Of a stretch of 64,000 bases of DNA, positions 12,201 through 22,350 are shown piece by piece. Under the pieces are notes generated by a model. It was given only the letters and a program-made list of their open reading frames with translations. It did no database searches and was not told where the DNA came from. The stretch comes from Macrostomum lignano (lineage: Eukaryota): positions 1-64,000 of the forward strand of contig NIVC01002088.1 in the NCBI GenBank assembly GCA_002269645.1. Direction: 5' to 3'. Position numbers and translations under genes: made by a program. Position 1 is the stretch's first letter, and each line of letters opens with the position of its first letter.

Positions 12201-15200
12201 CTAGTGGACAGGCTGAGGTTCTAGTGGACAGACTGAAATTCAAATGAAAAGTCTGACAAGCTAGGATTATAATGGACCTATTCAAATTTCAATAGATACA
12301 CACTTGAGACAGAGATCCAGTGGACACAAAGGTTGATATGGAGACACCAGTGGACACAAAGGTTGATATAGAGACACCAGTGGACACAAAGGTTGAAATG
12401 GAGAAACCAGTGGACACATAGATTGAAATGGAGATACCAGTGGGCACACAGATTGAAATGGAGATACCAGTGGACACACAGATTGAGATGGAGATACCAG
12501 TGGACACACAGATTGAAATGGAGATACCAGTGGACACACAGATTGAGATGGAGATACCAGTGCACACACAGATTGAGATGGAGATACCAGTGGACACACA
12601 GATTGAAATGGAGATACCAGTGGACACACAGATTGAGATGGAGATACCAGTGGACACACAGATTGAGATGGAGATACCAGTGTACACACAGATTGAAATG
12701 GAGATCCCAGTGAACACACAGATTGAAATGGAGATCCCAGTGGACACACAGATTGAGATGGAGATACCAGTGGACACCACAGGTTGAGATGGAGATACCA
12801 GTGGACACCACAGGTTGAGATGGAGATACCAGTGGGCACACAGGTTGAGATGGAGATCCCAGTGGACACAAGGGTTGATATGGAGATCCCAGTGGACACA
12901 AGGGTTGATATGGAGATACCAGTGGGCACCACAGGTTGAGATGGAGATACCAGTGGGCACCACAGGTTGAGATGGAGATACCAGTGGGCACACAGGTTGA
13001 GATGGAGATCCCAGTGGGCACCACAGGTTGAGATGGAGATACCAGTGGGCACACAGGTTGAGATGAGATGCTAATGAATAGCGAATGCCAGATATTAGAA
13101 TCTAAAAAAGGCAATTCCAAAGACTTTAACAAATGCTACAAACCTGGAATAGAAAAGCTTCTGGTTGGTCAGCAGAGCCAGTTTTTCCCAACTGTACTTT
13201 CTAAGAAAGCTGGCCACCACCTCCGGATAGGCCGAATAGCTGGGCACTGTTCGATAAAAATTCGGATAAATGTCGCGCCGATTGAACAGCGGCGACTCGA
13301 CAGTCGGCGACACCACCGCGGTGCCGAGCCGGCTGCTGGCCTGGGCTACAGGTTCGGCAGTTTTCGAGCAGGTGGCCGCCACCACGCCCGCTAGCGGGCT
13401 GGCTGACTCAGCGGACAGGTCTGAGCAGTGCAGGCCCATGTAGAAGGCCAGCACTGAAGATGTCGAACAGTCCAATCCGGCCGGCACAAGTTCGAATTGA
13501 TGGTTGCTAAGCAACAATGAACAAAACGCCGCGTCCTTTGCGTTACCTTGGCAGCGCCACGAATTTAAAATGCCAACGGATAATTCAGCGAATTCCAGCA
13601 CACTTGGATCGTCAAACTCGAAGCCGGAGGGCCAGATTAAACCGATTCGAATTTTGAGCGGCAGGAGGGGAGACAGCCAGAGTCTGGGATGGGGAGATTT
13701 TGAACTCTTTACTTTGTAACTTATCTTGAAATCAAGCTCACCAATACTGCATGCAGGCAAGCACTCATACACAGGGTGAGCGTGTGTATGAAAATACAGG
13801 ATTATAATAGACATAAAACGGAATTTTACGAGCGTATATGAAGAACAGTAAACGCCATGCTCAGACAGACACTGTGGCCCACCGAGAGACAGGGGCGCCC
13901 GCCAAGAGACAGGGGCGCACAACAAGAGACAGGGGCGCCCACCAAGAGATAGGGGCGCCCACCAAGAGATAGGGGCGCCCACCAAGAGACAAGGGCGCAC
14001 ACCAAGAGACAAGGGCGCACACCAAGAGATAGGGGCGCCCACCAAGAGACAGGACCGCCCACCAAGAGACAGGACCGCCCACCAAGAGACAGGACCGCCC
14101 ACCAAGAGACAGGGGCACCCACCAAGAGACAGGGGCGCCAACCAAGAGACAGGGGCGCCCACCAAGAGACAGGGGCGCCAACCAAGAGACAGGGGCGCCC
14201 ACCAAGAGACAGGGGCGCCAACCAAGAGACAGGGGCGCCAACCAAGAGACAGGAGCGCCCACCAAGAGACAGGGGCGCACACCAAGAGATAGGGGCGCAC
14301 ACTAAGAGACAGGGGCGCCAACCAAGAGACAGGGGCGCCAACCAAGAGACAGGGGCGCCAACCAAGAGACAGGGGCGCCAACCAAGAGACAGGGGCGCAC
14401 ACCAAGAGACAGGGGCGCCCACCAAGAGACAGGGGCGCACACCAAGAGACAGGGGCGCACACCAAGAGACCGGACCGCCCACCAAGAGACAGGGACGCCC
14501 ACCAAGAGACAGGAGCGCCCACCAAGAGACAGGACCGCCCACCAAGAGACAGGGGCGCCCACCAAGAGACAGGGGCGCCCACCAAGAGACAGGGGCGCCA
14601 ACCAAGAGACAGGGGCGCCCACCAAGAGACAGGGGCGCCAACCAAGAGACAGGGGCGCACACCAAGAGACAGGGGCGCCCACCAAGAGACAGGACCGCCC
14701 ACCAAGAGACAGGACCGCCCACCAAGAGACAGGACCGCCCACCAAGAGACAGGACCGCCCACTAAGAGACAGGGGCGCCTACAAAGAAGCAGGAGCGCCA
14801 ACCGAAACAACAAATATTGGCGCCTCTAACAGTTAAAGCCCTTCAATTCAAATTTCGGCGCAGACACGATTGGAAAGAAAAATACAATACGTAATGTATA
14901 AAAACAAAAAACAAAAAATTCAGAATTAATTAGTTCATAAAGACACAATATACAAAGTAAGAAAGCGACTTACTGCACAAAGTTAAGCAGGTTATAATCC
15001 AGCCACTCGCACACCTGGCTAGGACTGTACATGCTGAAGGTGAATGGCAGGCTGAAATTGCGCAGAAATTGCGTCAAAGCCGGGTCCCGATCGGCCAGCT
15101 GTTTCAGCAGCAGTTTCCGCTGGGTGACTGGGCGGCGAGACAAATGAATGTAAGTGCCAGTTGAATGGCGCAGCACTTCGCTGAAGTTGTGCGTCTGATT

Positions 15201-17653
15201 GCAGGCGACTATATTGTAGGGGAATGGGCTGTCTGGGTTGTAGATTTCCAGCGGGCAGCCCGAGTTCAACTGGTTGCCGACGTAGTAATAGCTGAGAGCA
15301 GTGCGAGGGAGGCGGAGTTGAGGCGATTAGAGAGAGAAATAATGTCAATAACGCTTGATGAAGATGTTGGGTGTGAGATCGACAAAGAAATGTCTGGTAG
15401 GGTGACGGAACGTGGCAGGAGGTCGCCCAGCAACTAAATATCTGGGAGGCTGGCCTAGCAACTGAGTATCTGGGAGGTTGGCCTAGCAACTGAGGATCTG
15501 GGAGGGCGTTGGCTGAGTAGCTGAGGATCTGAGAGGTTGGCCTAGCAACTGAGGATCTGGGAGGCTGGCCTAGCAACTGAGGACCTGGGAGGGCGTTGGC
15601 TAAGTAGCTGAGGATCTGGGAGGTTGGTCTAGCAACTGAAGATTTGGGAGGGCGTTGGCTGAGTAGCTGAGGATCTGAGAGGTTGGCCTAGCAACTGAGG
15701 ATCTGGGAGGCTGGCCTAGCAACTGAGGACCTGGGAGGGCGTTGGCTAAGTAGCTGAGGATCTGGGAGGTTGGCCTAGCAACTGAGGATCTGGGAGGGCG
15801 TTGGCTGAGTAGCTGAGGATCTGGGAGGTTGGCCTAGCAACTGAGGATCTGGGAGGCCGGCATCATCTTAAGGCAGCAAGGATCTGGAAGCTCATCAGTC
15901 GGAGCTTTTTGAAGCTTTTTTCACGGGGATAATTTGAATAAAAAAGACACAAGTCTCACATCTGAGAGCGGTTATACAAGAAGCCGTGGTCCAAATAGGG
16001 ATAGCCAGGCTGGGCAATCTCGCTCAAGAGTATGGGACAGTCAAACGGATACCGGCAGTTCTCAATGCCAACAACATCAGCCTCTTTGTAGCCGAACAGG
16101 TCGCGCAGCAGGACGGCTAGCAACAGTCCAGCCGTCCGGCGCCTTCCGTGGACGCCAATTCGGACAACGTTCGGTCTGGCGTCCGCGGTGGTGTTGAAGA
16201 AGTAGCGGGGATACCTGCTGCGGACTGGGGGGGAGAACGATAAACAGATGAATTTTCATTTAAATACGTCTATTTTGATACTCTGCAGACAAAACAATGT
16301 TTGGAAGAAAGGATTGCGAGAGTAAAAGGATTATCAGAGGCTAATCTTGGGAATCTGGAGGATTATCAGATGCTAATCTTGGGGATCTGGACCTGGAGGA
16401 TTATCAGAGGCGAATCATGGGGATCTGGAGGATTATCAGATGCTAATCTTGGGGATCTGGACCTGGAGGATTATCAGAGGCGAATCATGGGGATCTGGAG
16501 GATTATCAGAGGCTAATCATAGGGATCTGGAGGATTATCAGAGGCTAATCATAGAGATCTGGAGGATTATCAGAGGCGAATCATGGGGATCTGGAGGATT
16601 ATCAGAGGCTAGTCATAGGGATCTGGAGGATTATCAGAGGCTAATCATAGGGATCTGGAGGATATCAGAGGCGAATCATGGGGATCTGGAGGATTATCAG
16701 AGGCTAATCATAGGGATCTGGAGGATTATCAGAGGCTAATCATAGGGATCTGGAGGATATCAGAGGCGAATCATGGGGATCTGGAGGATTATCAGAGGCT
16801 AATCATAGGGATCTGGAGGATTATCAGAGGCTAATCATAGGGATCTGGAGGATATCAGAGGCGAATCATGGGGATCTGGAGGATTATCAGAGGCTAATCA
16901 TAGGGATCTGGAGGATTATCAGAGGCTAATCATGGGGATCTGGAGGATTATCAGAGGCTAATCATGGGGATCTGGAGGATTATCAGAGGCTAATGATAGG
17001 GATCTGGAGGATTATCAGAGGCTAATCATGGGATCTGGAGGATTATCAGAGGCTAATCATAGGGATCTGGAGGATTATCAGAGGATAATCATGGGGATCT
17101 GGATTATCAGAGGCTAATCGTGTGGATCTAGAGGATTATCAGAAGCTGATCTTAGGGATCTGGAGGATTATCAGAGGATAATCATGGGGATCTGGATTAT
17201 CAGAGGCTAATCATGGGGATCTGGATTATCAGAGGCTAATCATGTGGATCTAGAGGATTATCAGAAGCTAATCTTAGGGATCTGGAGGATTATCAGAGAC
17301 TAATATTGGGATCTGGAGGATTGTTAAAGACAAATATTGTGATCTAGAGGACTACTATCAGAGGCCAATCGAGTGATCTGAAGAAGTAGGAGTTGCCAGG
17401 CTTGAAGATTGTGGAATAGATGCTCCCAGGCTTAATTTTTTTAATACTAGCCATCTACCAGGGATAAAAAAACAGGTAATAGAAAAAACTTTATAAAATA
17501 ATAAAACTTACATTGATCAACAGATGGATATTGCAATGAATCACAAGATGGAATATCATAATTAGCAATAGCTGCCGAGGAAATCACAATTATAAATAAC
17601 AATAAGCAAATGACCAATAATAGTTTAATTTCAAGACTGAAGTATGTCTTCAT
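3339..17653 (-). CDS. vkr: Venus kinase receptor (VKR)-like receptor tyrosine kinase, 12 exons, ~1283 aa
   Basis: Hand-built exons 17512-17653, 15960-16224, 14974-15291, 13144-13683, 11833-11941, 10772-11394, 9332-9884, 8640-8774, 8432-8544, 4936-5188, 4182-4548, 3339-3772. All junction phases are compatible; total 3852 nt = 1284 codons including stop. Contains a signal peptide, Venus-flytrap motifs (IRIGLIWP; YPNFYRTVP; [13 protein letters not shown]; [17 protein letters not shown]), one TM helix and TK motifs [53 protein letters not shown] plus TK is the established VKR architecture. Confidence 0.9.
4036..4170 (+). repeat. (GACA)n microsatellite, VKR intron 11
   Basis: Directly visible. 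Confidence 0.97.
4680..4793 (+). repeat. (CAAT)n microsatellite, partly degenerate, VKR intron 10
   Basis: Directly visible. Confidence 0.9.
5681..6257 (+). mobile_element. 5'-truncated (AAC)n-tailed retroposon, copy A
   Basis: Diverged copy of 7410-7954 ending ...TTAACAATAACAA; flanked by the 16-bp direct repeat AAACCCGGTAAGACGT (5665-5680 and 6258-6273). Confidence 0.65.
6267..7954 (+). mobile_element. (AAC)n-tailed retroposon, copy B, interrupted by a foldback element
   Basis: Ends TTAACAACAACAA; flanked by AAACCCGGT at 6258-6266 and 7953-7961; no recognisable ORF. Confidence 0.55.
6510..7032. mobile_element. Non-autonomous foldback element with ~16-bp subterminal tandem repeats (TATCAYAAACCCGAAA)
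   Basis: Left half is the reverse complement of the right half; termini GGG..CATCAC/GAAACCCGAAAAATCACAACTCCGAAA; flanked by direct repeat CTCTGGAC (6502-6509, 7033-7040). Confidence 0.8.
8070..8150 (+). repeat. Fragment of a dispersed repeat also present at 61570-61800 (CTATGAG...CAAAGCATCTGAGCAACCCCCA.GAGCC)
   Basis: Sequence match between the two loci seen by eye. Confidence 0.6.
8432..9884 (-). CDS. vkr: VKR exons 7-9 (9332-9884, 8640-8774, 8432-8544), TM helix and kinase N-lobe to HR
   Basis: [26 protein letters not shown] followed by a basic stop-transfer; kinase motifs [51 protein letters not shown]. Confidence 0.93.
8815..9290 (+). repeat. (GACA)n microsatellite with variants, VKR intron 7
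   Basis: Directly visible; source of the spurious SVCL/TDRQ ORFs. Confidence 0.97.
10000..10700 (+). repeat. 27-bp minisatellite GTGAATTAATTCCCCTAGACTGTAAGA, VKR intron 6
   Basis: About 25 units, each with the palindrome GAATTAATTC. Confidence 0.93.
10772..13683 (-). CDS. vkr: VKR exons 4-6 (13144-13683, 11833-11941, 10772-11394), Venus flytrap / ANF-receptor-type domain
   Basis: GABA-B/ANF-type VFT motifs. The 109-nt exon 5 ([17 protein letters not shown]...) is not in the ORF track but bridges phases 2 to 0 exactly. Confidence 0.88.
11482..11766 (+). repeat. 56-57-bp tandem repeat, 5 copies, VKR intron 5
   Basis: Unit CACTAGCTGAGTGGGGAATCAGTCTGCTTATGCAGGTTAATAGCTAGGGGAATTT(C)T. Confidence 0.95.
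12060..12235 (+). repeat. 20-bp minisatellite CTAGTGGACAGGCTGARGTT, VKR intron 4
   Basis: About 9 units. Confidence 0.93.
12315..13065 (+). repeat. 30-bp minisatellite GTGGACACACAGATTGAGATGGAGATACCA, VKR intron 4
   Basis: About 25 units, with variant blocks. Confidence 0.95.
13885..14790 (+). repeat. 20-bp minisatellite ACCAAGAGACAGGGGCGCCC, VKR intron 3
   Basis: About 45 units. Confidence 0.96.
14974..16224 (-). CDS. vkr: VKR exons 2-3 (15960-16224, 14974-15291), N-terminal ectodomain segment preceding the VFT
   Basis: Open frames [43 protein letters not shown]... and [17 protein letters not shown]...[12 protein letters not shown], with canonical GT/AG and matching phases. Confidence 0.8.
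15425..15855 (+). repeat. 28/32-bp minisatellite GGATCTGGGAGGTTGGCCTAGCAACTGA, VKR intron 2
   Basis: About 14 units in two alternating variants. Confidence 0.93.
16325..17330 (+). repeat. ~32-bp minisatellite GGATCTGGAGGATTATCAGAGGCTAATCATAG, VKR intron 1
   Basis: About 30 units, degenerate at both edges. Confidence 0.95.
17512..17653 (-). CDS. vkr: VKR exon 1, signal peptide ([30 protein letters not shown]...)
   Basis: ATG, hydrophobic core and GTAAGT donor in phase 1, matching the phase-1 acceptor at 16225. Confidence 0.75.
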
Positions 17654-18910
17654 ATTCTATAACATTTTGATAGGCTCACATGCCATTGACCAATGGACAG
17701 AGAAATATTTTTTGTTTGAAACCATGCAATAAATTGATTACTTGAACTTTGATTTTTCAATCTATAAGCAAGCTTTGTAGGTTTAGTTAAATTATATCAT
17801 ATTTATTTATATGCCAAGGCCTATTTGAAATAATTAGAACTTAAGTTACATTAAATGGAAAATATGACATAATTGAATTATAAAAGAGTACCTATACCTA
17901 TTTAATAGTGTACAATAGTAGAGATAGGATAATAAGATTTTTTAGAGAATTTGATTTTTGATTTGAATATTTGATAGAACTGATTCCAATAATAAATGAC
18001 TAATACTAAATATAAATATTTTCATCAATAACATGCCTACTTTACTACTAATCAGCCACTTGCTAGTGTGTATGTGTAGTGCTAATTGATATTTGAATGA
18101 ATTTATTTCAGATAAATTGTTCAAAAGGCCTGCATCTTTACTTTTTGTCGAATAAAATATGTCTAGACCAAATACCAACCCAAGTTTGTATTAATCAATG
18201 CCTGCAAATCAATGCTCTAGGAACTTGATTTTTAATGCTCTACCACTTTTCCAAAAGCCTGAAACCTAAGTACAACATGCTTGTAACTACTTAAGATAGG
18301 CCTATTGCTATATGTCCTATTCTTGATTCTCTTCCCTCATTTATATAAGTCTATAATCTCTAGCACTTGTTTTTAAACTTAAACTTCTCAATCTATTCTT
18401 TTTAAAGCCTTTTCAAATATTAACATATATAATATACTCAATTGTTATGCCTCTAATCATTTTCTCAGAGCATAGGCCTAACTATCCTTAAATCCTCCTT
18501 TTCATTTGAATTATGATACCAATATTAAATTCTTAAATCTTGATTTATTCCAAATATTTAGTCTTTATGAAAGAAAGCAACTATTTGGTATTCAAATTAT
18601 CAACTTTTCAATTTTAATCCAAATAAAATATTTGTTTGTTTTAATTAGATTCCAAATATTCTAAATATTTATCCTAGGCCTATCTTTACACAGGGCTTAG
18701 TAGCATAGGTAAAGGATATTAGTATATTAGCTAATACTTTCAAATTTAGATCTATCATTTTTTTTCATTTATAGCTTACTAGGCCCTAAACTGGTGGCAT
18801 TTATATAATCTTAACTAGTCTAGACCTAGAACTAGAGCTTAAAAAATAACTTAAAGAATTAGAAGCATAAATAAAAACAGAGATATAGTCAGTGAGTTAT
18901 ACAATGACAA

Positions 18911-19600
18911 TCTCTACATATAAAAATCAAAACTCTGTCTGTCTGTCTGTCTGTGGACAAATTACTTCGCTATGGACTCCCAAACCACTCAACCAAATGA
19001 CACCAAACTTTACACCCACCCTAAACTTACTACGGAGAATGTCTTAGGCTATCTTTAAATTTCCTAAACTCAAGTCTTCCTACTTAAAAGTACAAAAAAC
19101 TGCTCAAAATGCCCGATTTTTTCACTAAATCCTCCATAGTGCCGCTCCACTTCTAACGATTCTCTTCAAATTTGACACAGACAATCTTCAACTATTTTGG
19201 CATAGTCATGTATGTAAAATTTCAAGTCTCAAAGTTACTCCTGAGCGGTGCTGTGCACTTTTAAAGTTAGGCTGTTTTTTACAGCGTAGCAACCACCCCA
19301 ACCTCCGCCCGCCTGCCTCTCTTTCCCGATCTGGGCCCAGATGTGTAAAAGGGTTTCAAAATTGACTAACTTTCGGTTGCCATAAGTGTGCTCCACGTAA
19401 AGCGATTGACTTCAAACTTGACACAATTCTTCATTGACTTATTCTCCATCTAAATGTAAAGTTTCAACTCTGTAACTCAACTGAAAAAGAAACTGTAAGC
19501 ATGTGAAGTTTGTCTGCTTTTTCTGTTGTTTGTGCCACTCACTCACTCATTCCCCCAGCCCAGACGAAGGGTCAGGCGATAGGGCTGAATGTACATAGCA
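18911..19600 (+). mobile_element. Possible non-autonomous Helitron-like element
   Basis: Starts A|TCTCTACATATAAAAATC followed by a short (CTGT)n, as in non-autonomous Helitrons; CAGCCC..GGGCTG hairpin near 19555-19590; no clear CTRR end. Confidence 0.3.
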
Positions 19601-20119
19601 AATGTAGAGTGTTTTGGAATAGCTTTCTTTATATCCTTCTTTGCACCCCCGTGGAGGCTACGTTTAGCCACAATAGTTTAGTGAGAAATTCTAACCACTG
19701 CCCTCACCTCTGTATTGGCAAACTCTGCAGCAGTTTAACAGTGGATGGCAATTGGCAAATCAAGGCAATCTGGCATGGTTTGTAAAAGCGAAAGATGTAT
19801 GAAAAGGCGATGCAATGCAATACAACCCTACTAAATTAGGCACACCATGAAAATTTTAAGTTTCTCTTAAAAGTACTTTAAATTTTAAATTTCCTCCTAA
19901 GAAATGCGTATTTCCTTGGTTGTTAGACTGATGCAGACTGCAGTGGAGCTGAAAATACACAAATTCCTTTCAGGACTACAAATTGGCAAGAAAGATGACA
20001 TGATCAAAGCATGAGAATAGCCATGAGAGTACTACGTCCCACAAACTGGCTTTCCAGCAGGAATGGGCAGATTTTCACTCCAAAAGCCAGATAAAGAATC
20101 CAGCTTATGTGCGGGCCAG

Positions 20120-21000
20120 ATGAGAGTGGAAAGGAGAAGGAATAGACTATTAGAAAAGAGGAGAGGCAAGAGGGGGGGTATGAGAAAACATGGAATATAA
20201 GAGGAGAGACAAGTGGTAAGGAGAGAGCAGAGAAGAAGGGAGGAAGAAGCGAGAGGAGGGGGAGAAAGGAGGGAGAGGAAAGAGTAAAGGTGAGAAGAGG
20301 GGAGAGATGAGACAGAGGATCGATGAGAGCAGAGTAGAGAAGAGTGAGAAGAGAGTAGAGATGACAGAGCAGAAAGAAGATGACAGAGGGTCAAGAGGAG
20401 AGGAGAGATTAGAGAGGAGAGAGTAGAAAGGATAGAGAAGAGAGGAGATAAGAGGGGGAGAGAGGAGTGAAAAGAGAAGAGATAGAGATAAGAGAGTTGA
20501 GAAAGAAGAGAGGAGAAAGGAGAGATGAGAGAGTAAAGGGAAGAGGAGAGAGGAAAGAGATGAGATTGTAGAGATGAGACAGATGAAAGGAGAGATGAGA
20601 GAGTAAAGATGAGAGATGAAAAAGGTGAGAGGAGAGTGCAGAGAGACGAGAGAAGATAATAGAGGAGAGAGAGAGTATAGAAGAGGGAAGAGAAAAGAAG
20701 AGAGGAGTAAGGAAAGAGAGGAGTCAGAAGAGTTGAAAGAGAAGAGTACGGAGGAGATAAGTGAGAGAACGTATAAGAGAGTAAAGATGACAGATGAGAG
20801 AGCAGATGAACAGACGAGAGATGGGAGAGTAGAGAGAATAGAGGAGAGATAAGAGAGAAGAGATTACAGAGACTAGAGGAGAGAGGAGAGACAGGGAAAG
20901 AGAAGAGGAAATAGGAGAATAAAGAGGGGAGAGAGTAGAGAGGAGAAGAGAGATTGGAGAGGAGAGATAAGAGAGAGAGAGAGAGAGGGAGAGAGAGAGG

Positions 21001-21046
<46 letters not shown>

Positions 21047-21600
21047 AGAGCAGAGAGAAAAGAGAAGAGATAAGAGAGAAAAGATAAAAGAAGATAAAGG
21101 AGAGATGAAAGAGCAGACGAGAGAGAAGAGAGGTGGGGGAAGAGACGAGTGACGAGGGGAGAGAGAAGAGATAAAACAAAAAAAACATGAGAGGAAAAAG
21201 AGAGGAAAGAGGTGAGGAAAGAGACGAGAGAAAAGGGGAGAGAGGAGAGAGGGAGGAAAGAGGAGAGATGAGAGAGTAGAGGAGAGAGTTAAGAGATGAG
21301 AGAAAATAATAGAGAGGAGAAGGAAGAGACGAGAGAAGAGGGGAAGAGAGGAGAGAGGAGAGGAGAGAGAAAACGAAAAAGTAGAGAGGAGAGAGGAGAG
21401 CAGAGAGAAAACGAAAAGTAGAAAGAAGAGAGGAGAGGAGAGAGAAAGGAATAGGGAAGAGATGAGATAAGAGAGATGAAAGAGAAGAGAGATGAAGGAA
21501 GATACAAGAGAAGAGAGGAGAGAAGAGAGAGGAGAGAGGAGAGACGAGGGACGAGAGAGAAGAAAGGAAACAGAAGAGACGATAGAAATTTTAAAGGATC
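20120..21600 (+). repeat. ~1.5-kb polypurine (AG-rich) low-complexity tract including a (GA)n core at ~20965-21040
   Basis: Almost only A/G on the plus strand. Confidence 0.95.
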
Positions 21601-22244
21601 CAAAGGACGTAGGGAGAGTCAGGGAGAGGCCAGAGTTTGCCAATACATGCTTTAGAGTCAGACAGACATTGCCTGGCATTCTGCGGAGCGGAGTACCCCA
21701 GCCAACTATCAACGTTTGCCTCAAACCCTAATTTTACACAAATGTGTTCCATTTTATGTCTACCTCTATCCTACTAACTATTAATTTGTTTGTGTATGGC
21801 CTTAGATATCAGAATACATGCAAAAATAGTTCCAGGGATTGGAATTCCCCGGGTTTAAAATCTGCGGGTTTCAACAGCTTGTAATATTAATAAAGACAAA
21901 ATATATTTATTTATAAGTTATACTTATAGTGTTATGGGCCTAGGCCCTAGCATCTAGCAAAATAGTTAGATAGACACAAACATATTGGTTGGTCTAATGC
22001 TTCCTATATAGTATAGGCCTAGGCCTAGCTTAGGCCTAGTATTAGGTCTAAATTTTTTAAGAATTTTTTATAATGAAAATATGCCTACTTTAACATGGAT
22101 TTTTAATTTTATACAGAGTGAGAATCTATTAGGGAGCCTATCAATTAACTTCATAGGTAACAATCTAAATAGAAATTCAAAACCTAGGAAAAACCTTCAA
22201 AACAAAAAAACCTTTTTAACCACATTAATTACTTTAATTTCGGT

Positions 22245-22350
22245 TATCTTCAAGTTTCGTTCGTTTAATTCCAACACCCACCCCCCACCACCCTTGAATA
22301 GAGGGCGAAAATAATTCCGGAAATAATTAAACGAACGAAACTTGAAGATT
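22245..22350. repeat. Short inverted repeat / hairpin (TCTTCAAGTTTCGTTCGTTTAATT ... AATTAAACGAACGAAACTTGAAGA)
   Basis: 24-bp arms with a ~55-bp loop. Confidence 0.8.

Noticed and set aside
12278-14813. Long repetitive ORFs (234-572 aa) across 12.3-14.8 kb
   Set aside because: Stop-free frames of 30-bp and 20-bp intronic minisatellites; only 13144-13683 is a real exon.
10000-17330. Regularly spaced repeats resembling CRISPR arrays
   Set aside because: Head-to-tail units with no unique spacers, no cas genes, eukaryotic intron context.
20032-21731. S/L-rich and E/R-rich ORFs
   Set aside because: Artefacts of the polypurine tract.
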